64,000 nt of DNA from Candidatus Latescibacterota bacterium. GTDB taxonomy: Bacteria > Latescibacterota > UBA2968 > GCA-2709665. The position numbers were made by a program, and so were the translations under genes. The stretch covers positions 2,688,001 through 2,752,000 of the forward strand of contig CBDDDZ010000005.1 in NCBI GenBank assembly GCA_965226795.1, given 5' to 3'. The notes below the pieces were generated by a model. It did no database searches. It was not told the origin of the DNA and saw only the letters and a program-made list of their open reading frames with translations. This document shows, in pieces, positions 50,779 through 61,489 of the stretch; the stretch's first letter is position 1; each line of letters begins with the position of its first letter.

Positions 50779-51015
50779 ATGGATTTTGAAAACCAGCTGG
50801 GTGTGGCCGCGCTTTCGGTTCTGGGGGCGTTGCTGTTTCGATGGTTTGGGGTCCCCAAACGCTGGACGCCGGTGACGCCGTTGTTTCTGTCGATCCTTAT
50901 CGCCGCGTTTTTCGGTGAGCTTGAGTCGGTTACGGAGATGCTCACGAGCGGACTGGCCAGCGGGCTACTCGCCAATGGATTTCTATTCCTTCTTCTGGGC
51001 ACCCGGAATGGATGA
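50779..51015 (+). CDS. Small hypothetical membrane protein (3 hydrophobic segments)
   Basis: AGGAGG RBS and ATG; hydrophobic 78 aa; 3' end overlaps the convergent TPR gene by 33 nt. Confidence 0.65.
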   Translation: MDFENQLGVAALSVLGALLFRWFGVPKRWTPVTPLFLSILIAAFFGELESVTEMLTSGLASGLLANGFLFLLLGTRNG

Positions 51016-52233
51016 CCTTATTCGAATGCGATTCAAGTCATCCAGAAGTTGCTTGGCGTCGAACACAACGGTATTTTTCGAAATGCGTTTCTCCTTACGC
51101 ACATAGGTTTCAAGCGCTTCGCGGGCGCTATCGTGGCGACCGCCTCGATAGCAGGCCAAACCCAGGTAATAGTAGGCGTCTGTCTGAAGGGAATCGACCT
51201 TAACCGTGTTTTGCAGATGCGTGATGGCATTCTCATAATTGCGAATATTGAAGTAAGATACCCCCAATTTGAGATAGACCGAAGCTTCGTCGGCCCCGGC
51301 GGCAATCGCTTTCCCGTAAGATTTGACGGCGCCTTTGAAGTCCCCGCGGTTAAATGCCAGGTTACCCAGGCTGACATACGCTTCGCCGTATTGGGGATCG
51401 ATTTCCAGGGCCTTCAGGTATGCGGCCCGTGCTTTCCCGAGTTTCCCTTCCTGAGCATAGGCCATGCCCAGATTTCTGTAGATATATCGGCGTTCCGCGG
51501 CTTCGGACTGGAACCGGAGCGCCTGTTCATAGATTTCAATGGCCTTGTCTGTGTTCCCTGTGTAGATATAAGTAAGGCCCAGATTAAGGTAAGCGTCCGT
51601 GTACTTGTCGTTGAGCTTGACCGCCCGCCTGTATTCAGCAATAGCCTGATCGACGTATCCTTTGTGGTAGTAGGCCAGGCCCATCAGATTTCGCACAAAT
51701 GCCGACCCGGGTTTGCGTTCCAGGGCGGCTTTATACTGCGCCAGGGCCGAGTCATAATTACCTTTGTGGTAGTATGTTCTGCCCAGATCGACCCGCGCCT
51801 GAAAAATTTCGGGATCGGCTCGTATCGACCGTTTCAGATATTCAAGGCGCTCATCCGGAAGGGTCAGCAGGCGCCCATACAGGTAGAGACCGACGGCCGA
51901 TCCGGGGCTGGCCTTCAGCCGCCTCAGATACTCGGCAAGCAACTCCCGGCGGCGGTCCGACTTGAGCATCAGGTCCTGGTAGTGTATATTCGCCTGGATG
52001 TCCTCCGGCCGGACTTTGACCAGGCGCCGAAAATGAGCCAATTCAGCTTCATTTCCCACGCTCTCAGCGCCGTGGACAGGACTTCCGAACCATCCGCTGC
52101 CAAGAAGAATAAGACAGATCAGACTGGTTAACACTGGCACTCCGGGGGTCGAACGTCGAAGGAAGGGGTATCGTTGGCACAACCCCCGTTCGCTGTACCG
52201 CCCGTTGAAGCCGGGCGCCGCTGACCCGGCCAC
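50983..52233 (-). CDS. Secreted multi-TPR protein
   Basis: About 9 TPR repeats (AYLNLGLTY, NLGMAY, SLGNLA). True start may be near 52140, before the hydrophobic signal. Confidence 0.9.
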   Translation of the reverse strand: MAGSAAPGFNGRYSERGLCQRYPFLRRSTPGVPVLTSLICLILLGSGWFGSPVHGAESVGNEAELAHFRRLVKVRPEDIQANIHYQDLMLKSDRRRELLAEYLRRLKASPGSAVGLYLYGRLLTLPDERLEYLKRSIRADPEIFQARVDLGRTYYHKGNYDSALAQYKAALERKPGSAFVRNLMGLAYYHKGYVDQAIAEYRRAVKLNDKYTDAYLNLGLTYIYTGNTDKAIEIYEQALRFQSEAAERRYIYRNLGMAYAQEGKLGKARAAYLKALEIDPQYGEAYVSLGNLAFNRGDFKGAVKSYGKAIAAGADEASVYLKLGVSYFNIRNYENAITHLQNTVKVDSLQTDAYYYLGLACYRGGRHDSAREALETYVRKEKRISKNTVVFDAKQLLDDLNRIRIRSSIPGAQKKE

Positions 52234-52532
52234 GAAAAGGGGGTGATAGCATCGTCTCTATCGCCCCTCTTTATGTACCGAAGACAGTTTTCAAGCCCCA
52301 ACGCCATGCAGCTGGACGTTAATTAACGACCGATGTCGAATCAACTCTGCCGAGGCATTGGAAAGAGTGAAAAACCGGGGTGAACGCCCATATGTCCCGA
52401 TGAAGATGTGGCGTAATAAAATGGGACTGGTCGAGGAATCCGGCATTGTTCTGGTGCGAGCGCGGCCCCTCGCGGCTGGGGGATCGGCTATATTGGCGTG
52501 GCGAACCGGGGAATCGGATCGCTAACGGGCAC

Positions 52533-53402
52533 CTATCTGTCTTTCTTCAGCAGAACATTCAACGGTCGTTTGGGCTTGTAGAGATAGATTACATCGGCCG
52601 GATCGAGCATGGTATTGAAGATGGCGATTTCGTCGATCTTGCCGGCATAGGCGGTCTTGTAATTATTGAATCGAATGGCCATATTGTCCATGTCCCAGGT
52701 AATGTCGCGTTTGATATTCTTCTTCCGGCCTATTTCTTCGCCGCCGACGAAGAGGGCATATTCGGCATCGGCATTGCCGCTGTTAATATTGGACCACGTG
52801 ACGACAATATGGTGCCATTGGTCGGACTTCCAGTTGATTTTGTCATACCGGATCGTCCACTGTTTTACCAGTTCTTCACTGACTGCCCGCGTTTTGTCGG
52901 GATAACAGCCGAAGCGGAGGGCGCTGGGAGGACGATCCTTCTGGCTTTTTTCGAAGTCTACGAAAATGACCGCGTCGTCCCACTTCTTTCCAATAGAGAA
53001 GGGCTCCGGGAACTTCTCCGTGAAGTCGCTGTTGGGATCAACGCTCAGCCAGAAAGAGACCCCCCCCGACCATGGGCTGTTCGCACCGTACGGAAAGTTT
53101 TCTTTGGCCTGATAGCTGAGATAGGTTGCGTCGTTCGCGAATGAAACGAAACCGTCCTCTTTGCCGCCGGTAAACTCATGCCGTGGCGGGCTGCTCGTTT
53201 CCATTGCAGCGACCGTGCCCTTCTTCTTCGTAAGCGCCTCGAAGCGGGATCTGTCATCAAAGTTGGCAAAAAAGAGGATATTCGCGGCGAGTTTTTCCTC
53301 GATTTTTTTCTCCGGACCACCGCAAGACGTAAGTCCGAGTGTGGCAACCGGAATTGCGATCAGGTGCAGGAGGCGGGGAGGGCACCGTGTCATAAGACAC
53401 AT
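52533..53402 (-). CDS. LamG-like jellyroll (ConA-like) lipoprotein
   Basis: LTSC lipobox; GGVSFWL, WHHIVVTW, LFVGG, GKIDEIAIFN. Confidence 0.85.
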   Translation of the reverse strand: MCLMTRCPPRLLHLIAIPVATLGLTSCGGPEKKIEEKLAANILFFANFDDRSRFEALTKKKGTVAAMETSSPPRHEFTGGKEDGFVSFANDATYLSYQAKENFPYGANSPWSGGVSFWLSVDPNSDFTEKFPEPFSIGKKWDDAVIFVDFEKSQKDRPPSALRFGCYPDKTRAVSEELVKQWTIRYDKINWKSDQWHHIVVTWSNINSGNADAEYALFVGGEEIGRKKNIKRDITWDMDNMAIRFNNYKTAYAGKIDEIAIFNTMLDPADVIYLYKPKRPLNVLLKKDR

Positions 53403-53462
53403 CTCCTTTCGGGAGGGGTAGGATCGATGAACCCGTCTAAATGGCCGTTACAGCGGATCACA

Positions 53463-53490
53463 AATATAAAAAAAGCGTATTGGGGCGCAA
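53463..53490 (-). promoter_or_regulatory. Putative promoter TTGCGC-16-TATATT(TG) for the LamG gene
   Basis: Read directly, 60 nt upstream of ATG 53402. Confidence 0.5.
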
Positions 53491-53578
53491 GCGTTTTTCT
53501 TGTTTCCGGTCTATTGACAAGGATGGCAGTGGCCACGAAGGCCGGAAAAATCAGATGATTAGAGCACTAGAAAATGCC

Positions 53579-53607
53579 TTGACAACGATTTTCTTATTGA
53601 TTATATC
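53579..53607 (+). promoter_or_regulatory. Putative promoter TTGACA-17-TATATC
   Basis: Perfect -35 with 17-nt spacer, about 240 nt upstream of the M28-FtsX gene. Confidence 0.55.
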
Positions 53608-53850
53608 CAGATTTTGTTGATTCGCCGGGACGGCCTGGATTTCAGACGGGTCCATCGGTGACCGCAGGCGTGGGTTCGGCGACCATCCGCAATGCGGTTC
53701 ATGTCCGTCCGCCGCATTTGTTCGCGCCGATGCGCCGGAATGGCATAAATGCAACGCTGTGACTTTTGTCGGGCCCTCTGTCGCGCAACGCCGAAAGTAT
53801 TCGGGCGGCCTCAACGAAAACTGAGTTTCCCAAGATTACAGGAGTTGACA

Positions 53851-56800
53851 ATGCTGCGTAAACTCGGCGGCGTGATTCTGTGGCTGATCGCGATTTTTAT
53901 GCTCTCGTCGGTTACCGTGTTCAACCCGGGACAGGTAACTGACTTTTTTATTCGCGTTTTCAATATCAAGCCCAGCGTTCCGCAGGTACGTGAGGAGAAA
54001 CCATCCAAGAGAGACGAACGCATACAGGCATTTGCCGATCTCATTTCCGAGACGAGTCTCCAGGAAACCGTATCCGCTCTGGCCGGGATGGGATCCCGGG
54101 TACCGGGGTATCCGGGTCACAGAGTGGCCTTCGAATACGTCAAAGACCGTTTCGAGGCGCTGGGTCTGGAGGATATCACGGTTGAGGAACACCACGTTAC
54201 CGTGCCGATCGACAAGGGGGCGACTCTGGAGGTTCTGGAAACCGGAGTCGCGATCCGGCTGTACGGGCTTTGGCCCAATCACGTGCAAACGCCTTCTCTG
54301 CCGGATGGCGGCGTTACAGGCGCACTGATCGACGCGGGGGATGGTTCTTTCAGGGCGTTGAACGACAAGCCGGTGGCGAACAGCATTGCGTTGATGGAAT
54401 TCGATTGCGGTCAGAACTATCTCAACCCGCGCATGTTGGGCGCGCAAGCCATTATTTTCTATGATAACGGCGGCGTGAGCAGAGGACAGGCCCTTGAGAA
54501 AATCCTTCAGGTGCCGGTGGACGTGCCCAGGTTCTGGGCGGAGAAAGCCGACGCGGCCCGTCTCGCGGAACTCGCAGAGTCCAACGCCACGCTCGTGAGA
54601 ATGACGTCCAAAATGGATTGGGAAAAAGTCCCCACGTGGAACATATACGCCACCCTGCCTGGCTCCGACGCTTTTGTCACGGAACGTGAAGAACGGAAGT
54701 GGAAGGACGAAATGGTGGTTTTGAGTTCGTTTTACGACGCCATTTCCGTCGTACCGGCATTGGCTCCGGGTGCCGAGAATGCTACCGGGCTGGCCGCCCT
54801 TCTGGACGTAGCGGCGGCGCTGAAAGACAAATCGTGGCTGGGCTCATCCTCTCGACTGGCACAACTTCCGCGGTACACGGTAAAATTCCTGGTAACAGGC
54901 GCCCATTTCCAGGGGTTGGCCGGCGTCAACGACTTCCTGTTCAGACATTCCAGGGAAAGCGACCACTTCCGGGAGAAGATTCCGGACGAACAGAAGGTCG
55001 ATTTCCGGCTATTCGTCGGATTTGACCTGTCGAGCGAAACGGACCAGATCGCCAGTTTCTCACACGGCACGTTTATCAACCCGAACTGGTCGACCAACAA
55101 CTACGAAAACAACCTGTTGGCGCCATACGCGAAGAATTTCAACAAATACCTTGCCAAAATCTATCCTGGCGAAGAACGTCACGTCGACGCCGTTGCACCA
55201 CCGAAACGAACCTGGAAGAACTACATGCCCGTCCGGCTGGGATTCGACAGCGAGGCGGTCAAATTTGTCGGCAAGGAAGGGATTACGCTGGCCACCCCGT
55301 CCACTACGCGCGAAAAAGTGGATACGCCCGCCGACCGCGCGGAATTCGTCAACTTCGCCAATCTTGCCCGGCAAACCCGTACTGCGACCGGCATGCTACT
55401 CAAGGCGTTGGAAGATCCCGAGTTCTTCCGGGTGTCCAAACTCAAGCTGCAGGACCTTGGACACAGTATGAAGGGACGCATTCTGTGGTTTGAACGGGAT
55501 GCCGATTTTGCGATTCCACGTGTGCCCGTGCCAGGGGCCATCGTCACATATCAACAGCCTGGTCCGGTTGCCAGTTGTGGTGGGGTACGGACCTTGATTG
55601 TGGACAAAGCCACGAAAGGCCCCAGATACGTAAGCGACCGTACCACAGGACCCATGTTCGGCACAAAAGAGGAAGTGGAGGCCACCGGCCGATTCCAGTT
55701 CAACATCATGCGCAACCGGTTTACAAATCAGATATCGGCATTTGAAATTGACGAACACGGTCGAATCATATCGGCGCCGGATCTGGGCACGGAAGGCGAG
55801 GAGAAGTTCCCCACCAGGCAGGGCTACGGATGGTGGGAGAACGAGATGCTGGCGGTCCTTTTCAAGGCCCGGTCTCTCAGCGTGTTTGAAATTATCGACT
55901 CCAGTTACCTTTCCGCGCTCGATTTCATGACCGTGTTGAATGCCGGCGATTCCCAGCCGATGGAATACGGTTACTACTATATTGAAAACCAGAGTATCAG
56001 AGAAGGCGACGTCACGCGTGCGGCGGTCGCGTTTACCGCGATGAACCCAACAACCGGCAGTCCCGATCCCATCAAGATTCTGATGAGCACAGGACTGTTC
56101 GGGGTGAAATACCTGCTGACTAACGCCTCGGAAGAGTTTCTGGAACAACCCGTGAACAAGTGGGACGTGGACGATGATATGTTGAAGCGGTCCCGCGGCG
56201 CAGGTTATCCTCCCGGTGTTATCCTGTACCCGTCCTACAAAGCCGCCAAGGATATGTGGGTGGTCGACGACATCCGCATGAAGCAGCTTGCCCAGTACGG
56301 CATTACAAACGCCCGTTTGGAAAAGCTGCACACGCACGCGGCCGACGCGCTGGAACGGGCGCGGGAGAATCTGGCCAAGCACGACTACGAAGGGTTTATC
56401 GCCGCGTCCAGGGAGGCCTGGGGGCTGGAAGCCCGCGGATACCCTGAAGTGATGTCCACGGCAAACGACACGGTACGTGGAATTATCTTTTATTTCATTC
56501 TCCTGCTGCCGTTTTCCTTTTTCTGCGAGCGGCTGCTTTTCGGATTTCCGGATATCACCCGGCGTCTGGTCGGCTTTGCGGGAATCTTCGTGCTGTTTTT
56601 CCTTATCCTTCGTTTCGTCCATCCGGCCTTCAAGCTGAGCAGCACGCCCTATATCATCTTTTTGGCCTTTGTGATCATGTCGCTTGGCGTCATTGCGATG
56701 TTCATTGTCGTTTCCAAGTTCGGCGAAGAGGTCCGGAAAATGAAGCAGGCCTCGGCAGGCACGTATGAGGCGGATGTGGGTCGGTTGAGCGCGACGGCTG

Positions 56801-58647
56801 CTTCAATAATTCTGGGCATTTCCAACTTACGGAAACGGCCTCTCCGTACCGGACTGACGGCCATCACACTCACGCTGCTGACGTTTACGGCGCTATCGTT
56901 TACCTCGGTACAGACGTCAATCAAGTTCTATCGATTGCCGAGGGACAACCAGCCGCCGTATCAGGGAGGCCTGATCCGGGATCGTTCCTGGCGAGGCCTG
57001 CAGGAATCCGTGCTCCAGTACCTGACCAGTGCGTTTGAAGGCCGTGCGTCCATTGTTCCCCGCGCATGGTACCTTTCTCAGGTTCGCGGGGAAAGGGCAT
57101 ACGTCAATTTCTCGCGTGTCACCGAACAGACCTCCTACCTTGGCTCCAGAGACACCTATGTCGATTTCGACGTGGGTATCACGACAGGAAAAGACAGCTT
57201 TGTGAACGGGTTACTGGGCCTCACCGCGGAAGAGCCGGAAATTACAGGAGTCGACCGATATCTGATGAGCGGGCGATGGTTCAATCCCGGGGAGACGGGT
57301 GTTTGTATTCTGCCGAACGATCTTGCGGAATTGGTGGGCATTTTTCCGGAAGACGCCGGTAGTGCGAAGATCGAGATGCTGGGCGGTGCTTTCACGGTAA
57401 TTGGAATTATGGACTCCGAGGGGTTCAACAAGTACAAAGACATGGACGACGAGAAGCTGACGCCCGTGGATACCGTCAAGGAGAAGGACGACCTGGCTGA
57501 CGCGCAGGACCAGGATCCGCGGGTTGTCGCGGCGGCGCCAATTGAGACGTTTACGCATTTGGAGTCGACCAATGTAATGATTCTGCCCTATGATTATGTC
57601 CGGAATATCGGAGGCACTCTGAACTCCGTTGCGGTAGCGAATTTTGTGGACTCACAGGGCAACGCCAAGACGAACTTCCTGCCGGATGTCGAAGAATTCA
57701 TGACCCGCGTGTCCCTGACCATGTTCGTGGGCCACGAGGACAAGGTCACGGTTTACAGTTCCATCGGATCCACGTCTCTTTCCGGTTTGGGCACGCTGTT
57801 TATTCCGATCCTGATTTCCGCGTTGATTGTGTTGAATACGATGATGGGCGCGGTGTACGAACGGTTCAACGAAATTGGCATCTACTCGGCCGTGGGCCTG
57901 GCTCCCAACCACATTGCGGCGCTGTTTCTCGCGGAGGCGGCGGTATTCGCCACGGTTGGCGCCGTCTTGGGATATTTAATCGGACAGGTGCTGGTTCTTG
58001 TGCTGTTTACCCAGGCGCAGGCACAGGGACAACTGCTCAGCCTGGAATTGAACTATTCTTCTCTGTCGGCCATTTCCTCTACATTGATTGTCATGGCAAC
58101 GGTGTTCCTCTCTACGCTGTACCCTGCGAAGAAAGCCGCCGATATGGCGGTGCCGGACGTGACGCGAAAATGGAAGTTTCCGGAGCCCGAAGGTGACAAC
58201 TGGGTGTTCGATTTTCCGTTTACGGTCGGCGGCGCGGAAGTATTGGGAATGTACACTTATCTGACACGCGTCTTTGAATCCTACGGCGAAGGGTCCGTCG
58301 GCGACTTCGTGGCCGATTACGTCCGTTTCACGTCCCAGGACATGCAGGGCGAACCGCAGTATGAAATCAACCTGACGTGCTGGCTTGCGCCTTACGACCT
58401 GGGCATCAGCCAGGAGGTGGAGTTAAGGGCGATACCGACCAGGGAATACAATATTTACAAAATTGAAGTTGTTATCAACCGGCTCAGCGGTGACGTGGCG
58501 TCCTGGAAACGGATCAACCGGGGTTTCCTGAACGTACTCCGGAAACGATTCCTGGTCTGGCGTACCATCCCGCCCGAATTGAAACACCAGTATGCCGACG
58601 AGGGTAATCGGATTCTGTCGAACACGGTGGAAGAGGTAAGGGTATAA
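53851..58647 (+). CDS. Giant M28-peptidase-fold/PA domain + FtsX/MacB-type ABC permease fusion
   Basis: N-terminal TM; GSRVPGYPG, WNIYATLPG, APGAENATG (M28 fold); NLRKRPLRTGLT, SGRWF, LNTMMGAVYERFNEIGIYSAVG..LFLAEA (FtsX). Start ATG 53851 with AGGAG RBS. Confidence 0.85.
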   Translation: MLRKLGGVILWLIAIFMLSSVTVFNPGQVTDFFIRVFNIKPSVPQVREEKPSKRDERIQAFADLISETSLQETVSALAGMGSRVPGYPGHRVAFEYVKDRFEALGLEDITVEEHHVTVPIDKGATLEVLETGVAIRLYGLWPNHVQTPSLPDGGVTGALIDAGDGSFRALNDKPVANSIALMEFDCGQNYLNPRMLGAQAIIFYDNGGVSRGQALEKILQVPVDVPRFWAEKADAARLAELAESNATLVRMTSKMDWEKVPTWNIYATLPGSDAFVTEREERKWKDEMVVLSSFYDAISVVPALAPGAENATGLAALLDVAAALKDKSWLGSSSRLAQLPRYTVKFLVTGAHFQGLAGVNDFLFRHSRESDHFREKIPDEQKVDFRLFVGFDLSSETDQIASFSHGTFINPNWSTNNYENNLLAPYAKNFNKYLAKIYPGEERHVDAVAPPKRTWKNYMPVRLGFDSEAVKFVGKEGITLATPSTTREKVDTPADRAEFVNFANLARQTRTATGMLLKALEDPEFFRVSKLKLQDLGHSMKGRILWFERDADFAIPRVPVPGAIVTYQQPGPVASCGGVRTLIVDKATKGPRYVSDRTTGPMFGTKEEVEATGRFQFNIMRNRFTNQISAFEIDEHGRIISAPDLGTEGEEKFPTRQGYGWWENEMLAVLFKARSLSVFEIIDSSYLSALDFMTVLNAGDSQPMEYGYYYIENQSIREGDVTRAAVAFTAMNPTTGSPDPIKILMSTGLFGVKYLLTNASEEFLEQPVNKWDVDDDMLKRSRGAGYPPGVILYPSYKAAKDMWVVDDIRMKQLAQYGITNARLEKLHTHAADALERARENLAKHDYEGFIAASREAWGLEARGYPEVMSTANDTVRGIIFYFILLLPFSFFCERLLFGFPDITRRLVGFAGIFVLFFLILRFVHPAFKLSSTPYIIFLAFVIMSLGVIAMFIVVSKFGEEVRKMKQASAGTYEADVGRLSATAASIILGISNLRKRPLRTGLTAITLTLLTFTALSFTSVQTSIKFYRLPRDNQPPYQGGLIRDRSWRGLQESVLQYLTSAFEGRASIVPRAWYLSQVRGERAYVNFSRVTEQTSYLGSRDTYVDFDVGITTGKDSFVNGLLGLTAEEPEITGVDRYLMSGRWFNPGETGVCILPNDLAELVGIFPEDAGSAKIEMLGGAFTVIGIMDSEGFNKYKDMDDEKLTPVDTVKEKDDLADAQDQDPRVVAAAPIETFTHLESTNVMILPYDYVRNIGGTLNSVAVANFVDSQGNAKTNFLPDVEEFMTRVSLTMFVGHEDKVTVYSSIGSTSLSGLGTLFIPILISALIVLNTMMGAVYERFNEIGIYSAVGLAPNHIAALFLAEAAVFATVGAVLGYLIGQVLVLVLFTQAQAQGQLLSLELNYSSLSAISSTLIVMATVFLSTLYPAKKAADMAVPDVTRKWKFPEPEGDNWVFDFPFTVGGAEVLGMYTYLTRVFESYGEGSVGDFVADYVRFTSQDMQGEPQYEINLTCWLAPYDLGISQEVELRAIPTREYNIYKIEVVINRLSGDVASWKRINRGFLNVLRKRFLVWRTIPPELKHQYADEGNRILSNTVEEVRV

Positions 58648-58727
58648 GTAGCCAGGTGCCGCGAATCGCAGACAGCCGGCGGCGTTTACACCCGCAACCC
58701 GTGACACGCTGCTCCCAATGAGGAGGG

Positions 58728-60782
58728 GTGGTTTTGGCAATCGAACCCAAGGACGATATAGAAGAGCAGGAACAGTACGAAAATATCATGCCGGTGGATG
58801 CGCCGTTCGAAGATGGTTTCAATATGAAAACCATTTGGGCGACGCTGTTTGTGGGTCTGGTGATGTTGCCGGGCGCAATCTACCTCGGATTGGTCACCGG
58901 ACAGAACATGGCGGGCGCGTCCGAATGGGTGACCATCATCCTCTTCCTGGAGATTGCCAAGCGGTCCTTCGTGCGGCTGAAGACGCAGGAGGTCCTGGTA
59001 ATCTACTGGGTGGCGGGTGGATTGCTGGGTGTGGGGGTGAGACTGGGCAGCGCGGCGCTCGTGTATGGGGGCCCGTTCGGCGGATTAATCTGGGATCAAT
59101 ACCTGATTCAATCCCCGGCGGCCAGGGGGCTCGCGGATTTCTTCCCGGACTGGGTGGTTCCCAGGATCAGCGAACATCCGGAGATCTACGCCGAACGGAC
59201 GTTTTTGCACAGCGCGTGGTTGAAACCCATTGGCATCCTCGTTGCATTAACACTGTTAAGCAATACCGCGAGACTATCGCTTGGGTACGTGATGTTTCGG
59301 ATTACGAGCGATATCGAACGGTTGCCGTTTCCGCTGGCGCCCGTACAGGCGCGCGGAGCCACCGCGCTGGCCGAAACGTCGGCCAAGCAGGAGGGCTGGA
59401 GATGGCGGGTATTCAGTACCGGCGCGTGCATCGGACTGGTCTGGGGCCTGCTCTACATTGTTGTCCCCACGCTTTCCAGCATATTCCTGACCGATACAGT
59501 TCAGATTCTGCCTATTCCCTGGATCGATTTTACGGAGCAGATCAAATCCATCTTACCTGCGGCGCTGTTCGGAATCGCAACCGACCTGGGTCACCTGATT
59601 GTCGGATTTGTGTTGCCGTTCTGGGTGGTTATCGGGTCGTTTGCAGGAGCCGTCCTGGGAAACCTGGTTGTCAACCCGTTTCTTTACAAATATGAAATCC
59701 TGGACCGCTGGTCCGCGGGCATGACGGCGATCCCGACTTCGATCTCCAACCAGTTCGACTTCTGGTTGAGTTTTGGTATCGGCACTTCGTTTGTAATCGC
59801 GTTCACCGGATTCTACCAGGTGTTTCGTGTGCTCATGGAACAACGTCGTCAGAAACAGGAAACAGGGCATCATACATCGGGTATCGACCTCGAGGACCTG
59901 CCGAAGGGCCGCTCGGATATGAAGATGATTTATCCGATTCTGTTCTGGTGCGCCGCGACACTCGGGTTTATAGTGCTATGCCAGATGCTTGTTCCGGAAT
60001 TCCACTGGGGCTGGGTTGTGTTCTTCGGACTCGTTTACACGCCGATTTCGTCTTATATCGGCGCCCGAATGATCGGCCTGACCGGAAGTCCGTACGGCGC
60101 GAGTATTCCCTATCTGCGTGAAGCGGGGATTCTTCTGTCCGGATACAAGGGCGTGGCCGTCTGGTTTGCGCCCCTTCCCCTGCACGACCACGGGCTGGCC
60201 GTGCCTATATATAAACAGATGGAGTTGACGAAAACGAAATTCGTCAGTTACGTGAAATTGACCGCGGTCACCATGGTCGTCATATTCATCTTCAGCTTTA
60301 TTTTCTGGGAATTTATCTGGCGCCTGGGCCCCATTCCCTCGTCCAGCTATTACTATGTGCAGACGTTCTGGCCATACGACGCCACAATGACCACGATGTG
60401 GCTGAAGTCGACGATGCCGGACCTTGAAGGGCAGGGTACCGTCGGCGTTGAACTCCTTAAGGATATCATCAAGCCGGAACTCATCGGTGCCGGATTCGCC
60501 GTTGGCGGCCTCATGTACCTGATTCTGGCCGTGTTGAAGGCGCCGACGCTGTTCTTTTTCGGTTTTGTGGGCTCCCTTGCTACGTGGCCGCATTTTGTGA
60601 TTCTGCAGTTTGCCGGCGCACTACTCGGACGTTTCTACTTCGCCAAACGTTTCGGCGAATCCAAATGGAGGGCATACGCGCCTATTCTCCTTGCCGGATA
60701 CTATTGTGGTATGGGGCTCATCGGGATGACTTCGGTTTCCGTTGTGTTGATTTCAAAGGCCGTTTCCCAGGTTGTCTTCTAG
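58728..60782 (+). CDS. OPT/YSL-like putative peptide transporter
   Basis: Highly polytopic; YLGLVTG, DIERLPFP motif; directly downstream of the permease fusion. Confidence 0.75.
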   Translation: MVLAIEPKDDIEEQEQYENIMPVDAPFEDGFNMKTIWATLFVGLVMLPGAIYLGLVTGQNMAGASEWVTIILFLEIAKRSFVRLKTQEVLVIYWVAGGLLGVGVRLGSAALVYGGPFGGLIWDQYLIQSPAARGLADFFPDWVVPRISEHPEIYAERTFLHSAWLKPIGILVALTLLSNTARLSLGYVMFRITSDIERLPFPLAPVQARGATALAETSAKQEGWRWRVFSTGACIGLVWGLLYIVVPTLSSIFLTDTVQILPIPWIDFTEQIKSILPAALFGIATDLGHLIVGFVLPFWVVIGSFAGAVLGNLVVNPFLYKYEILDRWSAGMTAIPTSISNQFDFWLSFGIGTSFVIAFTGFYQVFRVLMEQRRQKQETGHHTSGIDLEDLPKGRSDMKMIYPILFWCAATLGFIVLCQMLVPEFHWGWVVFFGLVYTPISSYIGARMIGLTGSPYGASIPYLREAGILLSGYKGVAVWFAPLPLHDHGLAVPIYKQMELTKTKFVSYVKLTAVTMVVIFIFSFIFWEFIWRLGPIPSSSYYYVQTFWPYDATMTTMWLKSTMPDLEGQGTVGVELLKDIIKPELIGAGFAVGGLMYLILAVLKAPTLFFFGFVGSLATWPHFVILQFAGALLGRFYFAKRFGESKWRAYAPILLAGYYCGMGLIGMTSVSVVLISKAVSQVVF

Positions 60783-60811
60783 TCCGGAAAACTGCACTCC
60801 AATATGGAACG

Positions 60812-60870
60812 CCGCCCGGATTTCGACTGTCTAATGAAATTACCAACGACGGCGAATCCGGGCGGTTTTT
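60812..60870 (+). terminator. Terminator-like hairpin with long loop
   Basis: CCGCCCGGATT/AATCCGGGCGG 11-bp stem, 32-nt loop, T5 tail. Confidence 0.6.
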
Positions 60871-60916
60871 CGTCCGCATAAATCGAAGGGTACGTTCCAA
60901 CCAGAGGGAGGCTTCG

Positions 60917-61387
60917 ATGAATCGTGGTGAAAGGATCACAGGCCTTACGCTCATTGCGTGTATTGTATTGGCGTTTGCCGTGGAGGCGGCGGCACAACCG
61001 GAGGGCAGGGGCGAACGCGGACGTGGAAGGCGCAGGGGCGCAGGCCGGCTCAGAATGATGTTGCCCGTAGAGCAGACGCTGAGTTTTCTGGCTTTTGACG
61101 GCAAGATAGCGTTGAAAGATAACCAGCTCCTTGAGATCCGCGGGGCACTCAAGGAGATTCACGGTAAGCGGGCCGAACTGGAAAAAGACATGCGGGATGG
61201 AGCCGACCGGCAGCAAGTTATGGAGAAACTCGGCCAACTCAGGAACACAATGTTCGAAAACATCAAAGGGGTGCTGGACGACAGACAGGACAAGGTACTC
61301 GATGGCTATCTGGAAAGGATGCGGCGAGGGTTTCAACGTGGACGCGGCGGCGGGAGGCAGGGCGGCAGACCGCCAGGCGGCGTATGA
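60917..61387 (+). CDS. Secreted helical protein, Spy/CpxP-like, with Gly/Arg-rich termini
   Basis: GGAGG RBS and ATG 60917; signal peptide; LKDNQ and LDDRQ (LTXXQ-like) motifs. Confidence 0.65.
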   Translation: MNRGERITGLTLIACIVLAFAVEAAAQPEGRGERGRGRRRGAGRLRMMLPVEQTLSFLAFDGKIALKDNQLLEIRGALKEIHGKRAELEKDMRDGADRQQVMEKLGQLRNTMFENIKGVLDDRQDKVLDGYLERMRRGFQRGRGGGRQGGRPPGGV

Positions 61388-61489
61388 CGTGATCATCACT
61401 TACCACGATACGATGATAGGGCGGCTCCCCGCGGCGGGGTCGCCATTGTTTGTTGGAAGTCCGGCACCGAGGGAATCCGGATTTTCCGG

